Assembly: GCA_943349555.1 (NCBI GenBank)
Contig: CALQZK010000002.1
Coordinates: forward strand, 1 to 32,141
Direction of reading: 5' to 3'
DNA from: Candidatus Nomurabacteria bacterium
GTDB taxonomy: Bacteria; Patescibacteriota; Minisyncoccia; Phycocordibacterales; PALSA-1337
DNA: 32,141 nucleotides
Below the pieces are notes generated by a model. That model was given only the letters and a program-made list of their open reading frames with translations, was not told the DNA's origin and made no database searches. The translations under genes were made by a program, and so were the position numbers. This document shows positions 6,332-16,200 of this stretch, in pieces; the first letter of the stretch is position 1; each line of letters starts with the position of its first letter.

Positions 6332-8548
6332 ATGTATCTCAAATCTTTGGAGATTTCCGGCTTCAAATCATTCGCTAAAAAAGCGGCTTTAAATTTCACT
6401 TCCCCTATTTCATCTATAGTCGGTCCAAATGGTTCTGGTAAAAGTAATGTTGCCGAGGCATTTCGCTTTGTTCTTGGCGAGCAGTCCATAAAGTCTATGC
6501 GTGGAAAGCGTGGCGAAGATCTTATTTTTAATGGAGGGGGCAATGACGGATCGAGAGTTAACAGGGCAAGTGTCAAAGTGGTCTTTGACAATTCAAAAAG
6601 AATGCTAAATGTAGACTTCGAGGAAGTTTCCCTGGAACGCGTTGTTCATCGCGATAATAGCAATGAATATTTTGTAAACGGTAGTCCTGTAAGGTTGAAG
6701 GATATTGTGGAGCTTCTCGCGCATGCCCATATCGGCGCTTCCGGACATCACATTATTTCCCAAGGAGAGGCTGACAGGATACTAAATGCCAACATTCGAG
6801 AGAGAAGAGAGATGATAGAAGATGCTCTCGGCCTGAAAATTTATCAATACAAAAAGACAGAAAGTCAGAGGAAACTGGAGAAAACAGAAGAGAATATGAA
6901 GTCAGTTGAGTCATTGAGGCGTGAGATTGCTCCGCATCTTAAATTTCTAAAAAAACAAGTGGAGAAGGTGGAGAAAGTACAGCAATTGAGAGAGGAATTG
7001 CGCGGGCTTTACAAAGAATATTTTAAAAGGGAGGAGGTATATTTGAAATCTGAAAGAACAAATACTGACCATGAGAAATCTCCTTTATCGAAGGAGTTGG
7101 CTGAACTTGAGAAAGAAATAAATGAAGCACGCAGGATTCTAGAACAATCAAAAAACAGGGATGCCAAAAGTGATGAGTTGATTGCCATTGAATCTGCCTT
7201 GCATAAAATCCGCCTAGAGAAGGACGCCATTATGCGCGACCTGGGAAAAATTGAAGGTGAAATAGCTGCATCACAAAGGTCCTTGTTTAAGGAAAAAGAA
7301 AAGCAGAACCGAGAGGAGTCGAAGACAATTTATTTGAAAGATGTGGAAGAAGTGGTTAAAAAAGCCAGTCTTTTAGAGAGTATAACTGAAATAAAAAATT
7401 TGCTTTTAGGCTTCATCTCCCTGCATAAAAGAAAAGAAGATTCTATAAATACCGAGGAGACTGAGAGGGAATTGGCCAGCCTACGAGCAAAGAAGATAGG
7501 CCTGGAAACCTCACTCAAGGAAATAGATGAGCATGAAAGAGAGAAAACTCTTGACTACAATAACTTGCGCCAGAAGATTGAAAAAGAAAAGGACTCAAAC
7601 AGAGATGCCGAGAAAAATGTCTTTAAAATTATTGCCAGGCAGAATGAATTGAGGGGCGTGCTCAATGGTATTAAATCTCGAGAGGAGAAGCTGATTATCG
7701 AAGAAGAAGCATTTAAAAGGGAGCTTCAGGAAGCCTATGTTCTTGTTGGGCGAGAGTGTATGGACTATAAAGATGTTGCTATTTCCGATGAGCCTCGTTC
7801 GGCACAACATGACAGGTTCAGATCAATAGAAAAAATAAAAATCCGCATAGAGGATTCTGGAACCGGCAGTGGTATGGATATTATGAAGGAACATAATGAA
7901 GTTGAGGAGAGAGATGCTTTCCTGACTCGGGAGTTGACTGACCTCGAGGTTTCAAGAAAGTCTATGTACGACCTCATTGCCGATCTTGACCTGCGTATAG
8001 ATGTCGAATTTAAAAATGGGATATTAAAGATCAATGCACAGTTTCAGGAATTTTTTTCTCTGATGTTTGGAGGGGGAAATGCCTCGCTTAATGTTATTAG
8101 AGAAAAAAGGAGAAAAAAGAAATTGGATACAGATATATCTTCTGTTTTGGAAGGTCAGGATGAAGAGGAGATTTTTGAAGAAGAGGAAGGTGAAGAGGGA
8201 ATTGAGATAAATGTAAACTTACCTCGCAAGAAAGTGAAGGGTCTTATGATGCTTTCTGGAGGTGAAAGAGCATTGACCTCAATTGCACTTTTATTTGCTG
8301 TCTCGCAAGTCAATCCACCGCCATTCATCATACTCGATGAGACAGACGCGGCACTAGATGAGGCAAATTCGCGCAAGTATGGAGATATGATTGCGAACCT
8401 TTCTAAATACTCCCAACTTATACTCATAACACACAATCGTGAGACAATGTCTCGAGCAGGCGTTCTATATGGAGTCACCATGGGTTCTGACGGAGCTTCA
8501 AAATTACTTTCTATACAGTTCGAGGAAGCGGTGAAGGTGGCGAAGTAG
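6332..8548 (+). CDS. smc: SMC-family chromosome condensation ATPase, unusually short (738 aa), no recognisable hinge
   Basis: N-terminal MYLKSLEISGFKSFA...IVGPNGSGKSNVAEAFRFVLGEQS (Walker A). C-terminal LSGGERALTSIALLFA (signature), FIILDETDAALD (Walker B) and ITHN. The middle is charged heptad-like sequence. Confidence 0.8.
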   Translation: MYLKSLEISGFKSFAKKAALNFTSPISSIVGPNGSGKSNVAEAFRFVLGEQSIKSMRGKRGEDLIFNGGGNDGSRVNRASVKVVFDNSKRMLNVDFEEVSLERVVHRDNSNEYFVNGSPVRLKDIVELLAHAHIGASGHHIISQGEADRILNANIRERREMIEDALGLKIYQYKKTESQRKLEKTEENMKSVESLRREIAPHLKFLKKQVEKVEKVQQLREELRGLYKEYFKREEVYLKSERTNTDHEKSPLSKELAELEKEINEARRILEQSKNRDAKSDELIAIESALHKIRLEKDAIMRDLGKIEGEIAASQRSLFKEKEKQNREESKTIYLKDVEEVVKKASLLESITEIKNLLLGFISLHKRKEDSINTEETERELASLRAKKIGLETSLKEIDEHEREKTLDYNNLRQKIEKEKDSNRDAEKNVFKIIARQNELRGVLNGIKSREEKLIIEEEAFKRELQEAYVLVGRECMDYKDVAISDEPRSAQHDRFRSIEKIKIRIEDSGTGSGMDIMKEHNEVEERDAFLTRELTDLEVSRKSMYDLIADLDLRIDVEFKNGILKINAQFQEFFSLMFGGGNASLNVIREKRRKKKLDTDISSVLEGQDEEEIFEEEEGEEGIEINVNLPRKKVKGLMMLSGGERALTSIALLFAVSQVNPPPFIILDETDAALDEANSRKYGDMIANLSKYSQLILITHNRETMSRAGVLYGVTMGSDGASKLLSIQFEEAVKVAK

Positions 8549-8665
8549 GGTTGGGTAAAAAGGTGAGGGGCAATCTTACTGTCAACAAACCTAACTATTT
8601 TTCGGTCTGGGTAGTTGATTTTCAGAAAACGAAAAACTAGGGCATGGACAAGTAACCCAACCCTA
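8546..8665. repeat. 120-nt element bounded by an 11-nt perfect inverted repeat (TAGGGTTGGGT / ACCCAACCCTA) in a convergent intergenic region
   Basis: IR arms at 8546-8556 and 8655-8665. A nested inverted repeat TTTTTCG (8598-8604) / CGAAAAA (8630-8636) lies inside. The left arm overlaps the smc stop codon TAG. Confidence 0.5.
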
Positions 8666-8725
8666 GCTTTCAGCTACCTCACTATATCCTACATTTACTA
8701 AAAAAACAAATTAACTTATGCACAA

Positions 8726-10675
8726 TTAAGCCGGCAAGAAATCCAATGTCTTCCTATCTAGGTCAGCAGCAGAGACTTTAAACTTTATTTTGTCGCCAAG
8801 AGTAAATTTCTGCTTGCTTTTTTGTCCCATAATAGAATAGGTTTTCTTATCAAACTGGTAGAAGTCATTGCCGAGATCGCGGATTTTAATCATACCTTCT
8901 GATTTTGTTTCAAACTCCTCAACGTAGATTCCCCATTCTGTAACTCCGGAAATTGTACCCTGGAAGACCTGGCCGATCTTATCTGACATATATTCCACTT
9001 GCTTGAGCTTCTTGGAGGCTCTCTCGGCTTCTGCCGCGTCTATCTCCCTGGCCGTGGACTGCTCGGCAATATGCTGGAACTGGACGATTTCTTTGTCACC
9101 GAAAGGCATATGATTAAGGTGTTTGTGGAGTATTCTGTGGACTAGAAGATCCGGATATCTACGAATAGGGGAAGTAAAGTGGGTGTAATAGTCGAAAGCT
9201 AGCCCGAAGTGGCCAATGTTTTTCGTCGAATACACAGCTTTCTGCATAGAACGTATGACTGCTGTACTGATGAGGGCTTGATGAGGAGTGCCTTCAACCT
9301 GCTTGAGCAGACTCTTAATAGCATGAGCACTGACTTTACCTTCCTTGAGGGGGAGGGAGTAGCCTAGAGCCTTTACGAATGAGGAGAGATCCATCATCCT
9401 TTCCTGATCTGGAATATCGTGAATACGGTATATGGAGCCAGTATCTTTTTTACCTTTATCTTTTATGGCATCGTAAATATATTTTGCTACTTCTCTATTT
9501 GCGAGCAACATGTATTCTTCAACTAGTTTGTGAGTATCTAGGCGTTCTTTTTTATATACACCAATCGGCTTTCCATTTTCATCTAGCTTAAATTTTATTT
9601 CCTCCTGCTCAAATTCTATTGCACCTTGATTAAACTTTTGCTTTTGCAGAATTTTGGCAATTCTATTCAGCGTATCTAATTCCGTGAAGTATTCTCCTTT
9701 CTTCGTATCCAGGCTTTCCTGTGCAGTCTCGTATGTAAAGCGGAAATTGGAATTCATGACTGTCCTGCCGAACCATCTTTCCAGGACTTCTGCCTTGTCG
9801 TTCATTATAAATATGGCGGAAAAAGAAAGCTTGTCCTCGTTAGGATTGAGACTACAGACATCATTGGAGAGGACTTCTGGTAACATGGGAATCGTGCGGT
9901 CAACAAGGTAAATGGAGGTACCACGCTTGAGAGCTTCTGCATCGAGAGCGGTACCTTCTTGGACATAATGGGAGACATCTGCGATATGAACGCCGATTTC
10001 ATATCTCTGCTCGCCATCCATTTTTCCAAGATCTTTAAATGAAATTGCATCATCGAAATCTTTTGCATCAACGGGGTCGATAGTAACGGTGAGTGTGCCA
10101 CGGATATCGCGGCGCTTCGGGATCTCCTGATCTAGAATTTTTTGCTTATTTCTCTCGATCTCATGAGCTTCATCCTCTACGGCCTTCGGATAGTCATACT
10201 CGAATCCTTTCTCCAGGACAATAGACTCCATCTCCGCATTATTATTTCCTTTCTTGCCGATCACCCGCATTATCACTCCCTCCGGATTTTTCTGCGGATC
10301 ATCCCATTTGCCCAATTCCACCTGTACTTTATCTCCAGCAGAGACTTTGACTGCTTCTGTAGGGGAAAGCATAATATCCACATACATCTTCTTATCATCC
10401 GGCACTATTCCAGCCTTTCCGTCCCTAATTTCCACCGTTCCTACAAAGTTTTTTCTAGCTCTCACAGTCACCTTCATAACCTCACCATACTTTTCGCCAA
10501 CTTTTTCCGACAGAACAAGAACCTCAACAGTATCGCCGTTGAGGGCAAAATTTAACTTGTCAGATTCTATGACTATGTCATTCTCCTCGTCCTTGGGGTC
10601 TGCCACAAAACCCATACCTTTCCTTATTGTGTTTATAACCCCCACTACCTTTCTGCTAACCATTTCAGTTTTCAT
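8726..10675 (-). CDS. rnr: Ribonuclease R (RNB-family 3'-5' exoribonuclease)
   Basis: N-terminal OB/CSD-like region. RNB motifs TIDPVDAKDFDDAIS, SIYLVDRTIPMLPE and HFGLAFDYYTHFTSPIRRYPDLLVHR. C-terminal S1 domain (GTISGVTEWGIYVE). Confidence 0.9.
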   Translation of the reverse strand: MKTEMVSRKVVGVINTIRKGMGFVADPKDEENDIVIESDKLNFALNGDTVEVLVLSEKVGEKYGEVMKVTVRARKNFVGTVEIRDGKAGIVPDDKKMYVDIMLSPTEAVKVSAGDKVQVELGKWDDPQKNPEGVIMRVIGKKGNNNAEMESIVLEKGFEYDYPKAVEDEAHEIERNKQKILDQEIPKRRDIRGTLTVTIDPVDAKDFDDAISFKDLGKMDGEQRYEIGVHIADVSHYVQEGTALDAEALKRGTSIYLVDRTIPMLPEVLSNDVCSLNPNEDKLSFSAIFIMNDKAEVLERWFGRTVMNSNFRFTYETAQESLDTKKGEYFTELDTLNRIAKILQKQKFNQGAIEFEQEEIKFKLDENGKPIGVYKKERLDTHKLVEEYMLLANREVAKYIYDAIKDKGKKDTGSIYRIHDIPDQERMMDLSSFVKALGYSLPLKEGKVSAHAIKSLLKQVEGTPHQALISTAVIRSMQKAVYSTKNIGHFGLAFDYYTHFTSPIRRYPDLLVHRILHKHLNHMPFGDKEIVQFQHIAEQSTAREIDAAEAERASKKLKQVEYMSDKIGQVFQGTISGVTEWGIYVEEFETKSEGMIKIRDLGNDFYQFDKKTYSIMGQKSKQKFTLGDKIKFKVSAADLDRKTLDFLPA

Positions 10676-10682
10676 ATCCCAA

Positions 10683-10688
10683 ATACTA
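10683..10688 (-). promoter_or_regulatory. -10 element TAGTAT 7 nt upstream of the rnr ATG (leaderless-type)
   Basis: The minus strand reads TATAGTATTTGGGAT-ATG. No clear -35. Confidence 0.35.
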
Positions 10689-10697
10689 TACCCTATA

Positions 10698-10726
10698 TTG
10701 CCTTTTTTTGACAGGTCTGCTAGTAT
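10698..10726 (+). promoter_or_regulatory. Sigma70-type promoter TTGCCT-17-TAGTAT for rpsP (near-leaderless)
   Basis: TTGCCT at 10698-10703, a 17-nt spacer, TAGTAT at 10721-10726, then ATG 10735 8 nt downstream. Confidence 0.5.
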
Positions 10727-10734
10727 GGTGCGAC

Positions 10735-11055
10735 ATGTTAATGATACGACTTCAGCGAGTAGGTAGGAAACACGAGCCGACTTTCAGGCTTGTTTTGACT
10801 GACTCCAAGAATGGCCCAAAGAGTGGAAAATACCTGGAAGTTCTTGGTTCATACGATCCTAGATTGGATAATAAGATTGAGCAGTTCAAGGTAGAGAAGA
10901 TAAAGCATTGGATCAGCAAGGGTGCTCAGCTATCCGGCACAGTCCACAATTTCCTAATAACAAGGAAAGTTATAACTGGCAAGAAAATCAATGTGTTGCC
11001 AAAGAAACGACCGATTGCAAAAGTTGCAGTGGAAGGGGAAGCAAAGAAGGTTTAG
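10735..11055 (+). CDS. rpsP: 30S ribosomal protein S16
   Basis: M(LM)IRLQRVGRKHEPTFRLVLTDS...GSYDP matches the S16 N-terminus. Start at ATG 10735 or 10741 rather than the ORF-track 10708. Confidence 0.9.
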   Translation: MLMIRLQRVGRKHEPTFRLVLTDSKNGPKSGKYLEVLGSYDPRLDNKIEQFKVEKIKHWISKGAQLSGTVHNFLITRKVITGKKINVLPKKRPIAKVAVEGEAKKV

Positions 11056-11145
11056 TTGTACACAGTTGTTTTTGACCCCCATTTCCATCAAAGCTATACT
11101 TATACCGTATCCAGTTTCGATTAACCGACTAAAAGAATAAACAAA

Positions 11146-11457
11146 ATGCAAACAGACCAGCAGTTTTTGGAATATGTAGTGAAGTCCCTTGTAGATAATC
11201 CGAATGAAGTAAAGATCGCCCGCACTGTAGATGAAATGGGTGTACTTATGACTCTAGAAGTAGGTGCCGCAGATATGGGAAAGGTAATCGGCCGATCCGG
11301 CAATACAGCGAAGGCTATCAGGACTCTTCTACGAGTGGTTGGAATGAAGAATAATTCTCGCGTGAATCTTAAAATAAATGAACCGGAAGGAGGAATGAGA
11401 CCTGCGGAAAAAGCTTCCAAGACGGTGGATGAGGCAATGGCGGATTTGAAGATTTAG
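11146..11457 (+). CDS. KH-domain RNA-binding protein (YlqC/UPF0109-like) with C-terminal extension
   Basis: LVDNPNEVKI...MGKVIGRSGNTAKAIRTLL contains the GxxG KH motif. The position between rpsP and trmD is conserved. Confidence 0.8.
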   Translation: MQTDQQFLEYVVKSLVDNPNEVKIARTVDEMGVLMTLEVGAADMGKVIGRSGNTAKAIRTLLRVVGMKNNSRVNLKINEPEGGMRPAEKASKTVDEAMADLKI

Positions 11458-11499
11458 TCCATACTTGTCAATAGTATAATTTTGTGGTATTTTCACCTT

Positions 11500-12153
11500 A
11501 TGACCTACCACATCATCACCCTATTCCCAACAGCTTTTGACTCATATCTAAATGAGTCTATTCTGAAACGTGCGATAGAGGATAAGAAGATAAAAGTAAA
11601 ATTCTATAATCCGCGAGACTTTACCAAAGGCACAAGCTACGCCGATAGAAGGGTGGACGATAAGCCATATGGGGGAGGACCAGGAATGGTCATAGAGGCA
11701 TTGCCAGTTATAAAGGCAATTGCAAAAGCTATGGGGAAGAGTGGCACAAAAAATAAAAAGGTCATCTGGTTCACACCTTCAGGCAAGCAGTTTGATACAA
11801 AGTATGCAAAAGAGACGGTGAAAAAATATGAGGATATCATTCTAGTATGTGGAAGATACGAAGGAATAGACGCTCGAGTGAAAAAAGCATTTAAAGTTGA
11901 GGAAATTTCAATTGGGCCTTTTGTGCTGACTGGGGGTGAGTTGCCGGCGATGATGTTGATTGATTGTATATCGAGACAGGTGGAAGGAGTGCTAGGAGAT
12001 ATAAATTCTCTAGAAGAATCACGTATAGCATGTCCAGATGTCTATACAAGGCCAGAAGTGATAGAATATAAAGGTAAGAAGTATAAGGTTCCAAAAGTAC
12101 TTTTATCTGGTAATCACAAACTAATTGATGAATGGAGAGAAAAACAGGGGTAA
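11500..12153 (+). CDS. trmD: tRNA (guanine37-N1)-methyltransferase
   Basis: MTYHIITLFP, DDKPYGGGPGMV, CGRYEGIDARV, SIGPFVLTGGELPAMMLID. ATG 11500 fits the family N-terminus better than TTG 11482. Confidence 0.92.
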   Translation: MTYHIITLFPTAFDSYLNESILKRAIEDKKIKVKFYNPRDFTKGTSYADRRVDDKPYGGGPGMVIEALPVIKAIAKAMGKSGTKNKKVIWFTPSGKQFDTKYAKETVKKYEDIILVCGRYEGIDARVKKAFKVEEISIGPFVLTGGELPAMMLIDCISRQVEGVLGDINSLEESRIACPDVYTRPEVIEYKGKKYKVPKVLLSGNHKLIDEWREKQG

Positions 12154-13102
12154 TGTCCTTAGTTCAATACTTATAATACTGGCAATTACTATTGCAGGAA
12201 CAGCTTTATGGTATGGCTCTCATCTCTCTTCTAGCTTTACTTTTAATTCTCCTAATTTTCCACTTTCACTAAAAAAAAGTAATCCTCATGTCTCCATATT
12301 AGTAGTTGGCGACATCATGCTCGATAGAAATGTGCGGAATAAAATAAATATCCTGGGTTTTGAGACATTTTTTGCAGGAGTAAAAGATCTCATTACTGAC
12401 GCAGACATCGCCGTGGGAAACTTGGAAGGACCGTTTACTCCCCACGAATCAGTTATAGCTAACCTAAAGAATAAAGCTCTGCAATTTACTTTCGATCCTG
12501 CCTTGGTTCCAGAGATGTCTGCTCTAGGTTTCGACATTCTAGGTTTGGCGAACAACCATACACTAAACTTTGGCATCAAAGGTCTGAATATGACCAGAGA
12601 ATATTTAACAAATGCTGGCATTCTATACTATGGCGATCCAGATAATAGGGATGAGATAAGTGTGGTGATGGAAAAAAACGGAATTAAGATTGGTTTTATA
12701 GGCTTCCATGAATTCAGCTATATAAATTTCGCAAAAGTCATGGCGGAAATAGAAAGACTGCGTCCAGAAGTTGATGTACTAGTAGTAACACCTCATTGGG
12801 GACCAGAATATCAGAGCGAGCCATCGGATAATATGAAAAAGTGGGCGCATGAATTCATTGATCGAGGAGCTGATGCTGTAATTGGTACTCATCCCCATGT
12901 TGTTGGCAGTATAGAGGATTATAATGATAAAAAGATTTTTTACTCACTCGGCAACTTCGCCTTTGACCAATATTTTTCGGAAGAGACGATGAGGGGGATA
13001 GCCGTAGAGATAGGTGTGGATAAGACAAAAGCAGGGAGGATAAACATGCTGTATAATATAAGAAATATAAGGGTAGACAGGGATGGTACATCTGTCTATT
13101 GA
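12125..13102 (+). CDS. CapA/PGA_cap-family membrane-anchored metallophosphatase-like protein
   Basis: N-terminal TM helix (VLSSILIILAITIAGTALW). Motifs VGDIMLDR, GNLEGP, LANNH, TPHWGPEY, GTHPHV, YSLGNF. Overlaps the trmD 3' end by 29 nt. Confidence 0.8.
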   Translation: MMNGEKNRGNVLSSILIILAITIAGTALWYGSHLSSSFTFNSPNFPLSLKKSNPHVSILVVGDIMLDRNVRNKINILGFETFFAGVKDLITDADIAVGNLEGPFTPHESVIANLKNKALQFTFDPALVPEMSALGFDILGLANNHTLNFGIKGLNMTREYLTNAGILYYGDPDNRDEISVVMEKNGIKIGFIGFHEFSYINFAKVMAEIERLRPEVDVLVVTPHWGPEYQSEPSDNMKKWAHEFIDRGADAVIGTHPHVVGSIEDYNDKKIFYSLGNFAFDQYFSEETMRGIAVEIGVDKTKAGRINMLYNIRNIRVDRDGTSVY

Positions 13103-13219
13103 CTTTTTTCAGCGTTCTGATAGTCTTGTCACCAACTTCGCAAGATTGTGTTATGGATGAAATGTGAAGGATTACAGTGGTTTTTATCATTTTAATACCT
13201 TTAAGCTGTCTTTCATCAT

Positions 13220-16200
13220 ATGCACATCACTAAAAAGTATTTTAGCAGATACAAGACACCATTGGCAGAAATGCCAAGCCTAGTAGAATCGCAGTTTACA
13301 TCATTTAAGTGGCTAGTTGAGACTGGAATTGCCGACGTTCTTAAGGAGTTCTCTCCAATAAAGGACTATGCAGAAAAAAAGTTCGAACTCTCTTTTTCCA
13401 GCTTCGAATTATCCCGTCCGAAATACGACGAGCACTATGCCAAGACGAACAAGCTTTCTTACGAAGGTCAGATCAAGGTAAAGGTCAAACTGAAGAATAA
13501 AATGCTTGACGCGGTCAAAGAGCAGGAAATGTTCCTTGCTGATTTTCCATTGATGACCGACCATGGAACTTTTATCATAAATGGAATTGAGAGAGTCATC
13601 GCCCCACAACTTGCTAGATCATTCGGAATTTTCTTCACCCTCAATGAATTGAAAGGAAAAAATTTCTTTGGGGCAAAAATAATTCCAACCAGAGGAGTCT
13701 GGATGGAAATAGAAAGCGATACTGACGGTACTATATACGCCCGTATCGACCGAAAGCGCAAATTTCCAATTACCTCTCTTCTGAGAATCCTGGGAACCCA
13801 GACAGATGAGGCTATACTTGCTCTTTTTAAAGATAACCCCGAAGTTAAGAAGGTAATAGAAATAACCCTAGCCAAGGACCATGCCAAGACTACAGACGAT
13901 GCGTATATAGAGATACATAAGCGTCTTCGCGATGGAGACCTTGCAACAGCAGACAATGCACGTGAATTTATCGGCAGTATATTCCACTCCGACCGCTACG
14001 ACATTTCTCCTGTTGGACGATTCCGCTTCAACAAGCGTTTCCTAAAATCTATGGATGAAAAAGATTTGGCAAGGAAAACTATTTCCGTAGACGACATCGC
14101 TACGGTTATTTCCCATATTGTACTTTTAAATATCACTCCCGAGGCTGTCGAAGATGATATCGACCATCTAGGTTCTCGACGTGTGCGATACGTAGGAGAG
14201 CTTCTCCAGCAAAAGCTCCGCGTTGGTATGACGCAGATGAAAAGAAATATTCAGGATAAAATGTCCACAGTCGAGCCAGATGTGACTCTCCCTGTCAGTT
14301 TCGTATTCCCACGACCTTTGCAAGCCCGTATCAAAGAGTTTTTCACCACAAACCAGCTGTCTCAGTTCATGCAACAGGAAAATGTATTGTCAGAGCTTGA
14401 ACATTTGCGAACTCTAACAGCCCTTGGACCCGGAGGACTTACAAGGGAGAGAGCCGGATTCGAAGTGCGAGATGTCCATCCTTCTCACTATGGACGTCTT
14501 TGCCCTATCCACACTCCAGAAGGTCCGAACATCGGTCTCGTATTGCGACTTTCTACATTTGCCAGAATCAATGATTTCGGAATGATTGAGACTCCTTACG
14601 CGAAAGTTAAGAATGGACAAATAACGAAGGATGTTGTTTATCTAAATGCCCTAGAAGAAGAAAATTTCCGCATTGCCCATGCCGCTATTCCATATGACAC
14701 GACAGGGAAAATTACCAAAGATGAAGTTGAGGTTCGTATAAACGGCAAACCTAGCTTGGCCAAGAAGGACGATGTTGACTATATAGACGTCGCCACAAAC
14801 CAAGCCTTCTCTATTGCCACATCTCTTATTCCATTCCTTAACCACGACGATGCCAACCGAGCACTCATGGGTTCTAACATGCAGAAGCAGGCAACTCCTT
14901 GTCTTATTCCAGAATCTCCACTTGTTGCTACGGGAATTGAACACAAAGCAGTCATAGATACAGGTAGAATTGTCGTGGCGCCAGAAGATGGAGAAATTGT
15001 CTATCTGGATTCCAAGAAAGTTATTCTTGAAGGCAAGCATGCAAAGAAGTATGAATATAATCTTGTGCATTTCTCTCGAACAAACGGATTCACAGCATTC
15101 CACCAGCGCCCAATCGTCAACCTAGGAGATAAAGTAAAGAAGGGGGCTGTGCTTGTCGATACTTCTACATCTGATGGTGGAGAAATCGCTCTTGGACAAA
15201 ATATGCTTGTAGCCTTCATGTCTTGGTCTGGAAATAACTACGAGGATGCTATTATTCTTTCTGAAAGAGTGGTCAAGAACAGCAAGTTTAGCTCTATACA
15301 CATAGAGGAATTTGTTATAAACGTGCGCGATACAAAGCTTGGTCCGGAAGTTACAACTTGCGATATTCCAAACATTGGAGAAGGCAAGCTTAAGAATCTA
15401 GCGGAAGATGGAATCGTACGAGTCGGAGCAGAAGTACGCCCAGGAGACATTCTAGTTGGAAAGATTTCTCCAAAAGGTGAGACACAACTTACACCAGAAG
15501 AGCGTCTCTTGAGATCTATCTTCGGAGAAAAGGCCCGCGATGTGAAGGATACATCAAAGAGAATGGAAGGAGGCAAGAGAGGACGAGTCATTTCCGTTAA
15601 GATTTTCTCAAGAGAAAAGGGGGATAAACTAGAGAGCGGAATTATAAAGAAAATTTACATAGAAGTCGCAGAATTGAGAAATGTCTCCGTTGGAGACAAA
15701 CTTGCAGGACGACACGGAAACAAGGGAGTTATTTCTAGAATCCTTCCAGAAGAAGAAATGCCATATATGGAGGATGGAAAACCTGTGGATGTCATCTTGA
15801 CACCACTTGGAGTGCCATCACGTATGAACCTCGGACAGATTCTTGAGCTTCACCTTGGACTTGCTGCAAATACTTTAAACTATCAAGCTATTGTGCCTCC
15901 ATTTACCGGAGCAACTGATGTGGAAATAAAGGAAGAGCTTGTGAAGGCAGGATTCGATGCTTCCGGAAAAATGAAGCTTCGTGACGGACGAACTGGAGAA
16001 TACTTTGACCAGCCAGTCGCTGTCGGATACATGTACATATTGAAACTTCACCACATGGTGGAAGACAAGATCCACATGCGCTCCATCGGACCTTACTCTC
16101 TCATTACCCAGCAACCTCTCGGAGGAAAGGCGCAGGGAGGAGGACAGAGATTTGGAGAAATGGAAGTCTGGGCTCTTCTTGGTCATGGCGCAGCATACAC

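Noticed and set aside
6196-6591. 131-aa minus-strand ORF across the rnc-smc junction.
   Set aside because: It overlaps the conserved dsRBD of RNase III and the Walker A region of SMC on the opposite strand, and nothing else supports it.
8546-8665. I tested the inverted-repeat element against the SRP (4.5S) RNA, 6S RNA and tRNA ideas.
   Set aside because: Neither strand has GGAA/AGCA domain-IV-like motifs, a T-loop GTTCGAATC-like box, or a 6S-style long bulged duplex of suitable length. I kept it only as an unclassified structured or IR element.
10254-10766. 170-aa plus-strand ORF.
   Set aside because: It lies entirely antisense to the well-supported rnr gene. Its translation is low-complexity and S/T/F/I/L-rich, and it has no start context, so it is a typical shadow ORF.
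11459-11473. 15-nt exact repeat CCATACTTGTCAATA, also at 27560-27574; I considered it as a shared operator or promoter motif.
   Set aside because: One 15-mer coincidence is roughly what chance predicts for about 32 kb compared against itself in AT-rich DNA. Only the 27.5-kb copy has a matching -10 at proper spacing (on the minus strand), and the flanks do not align.
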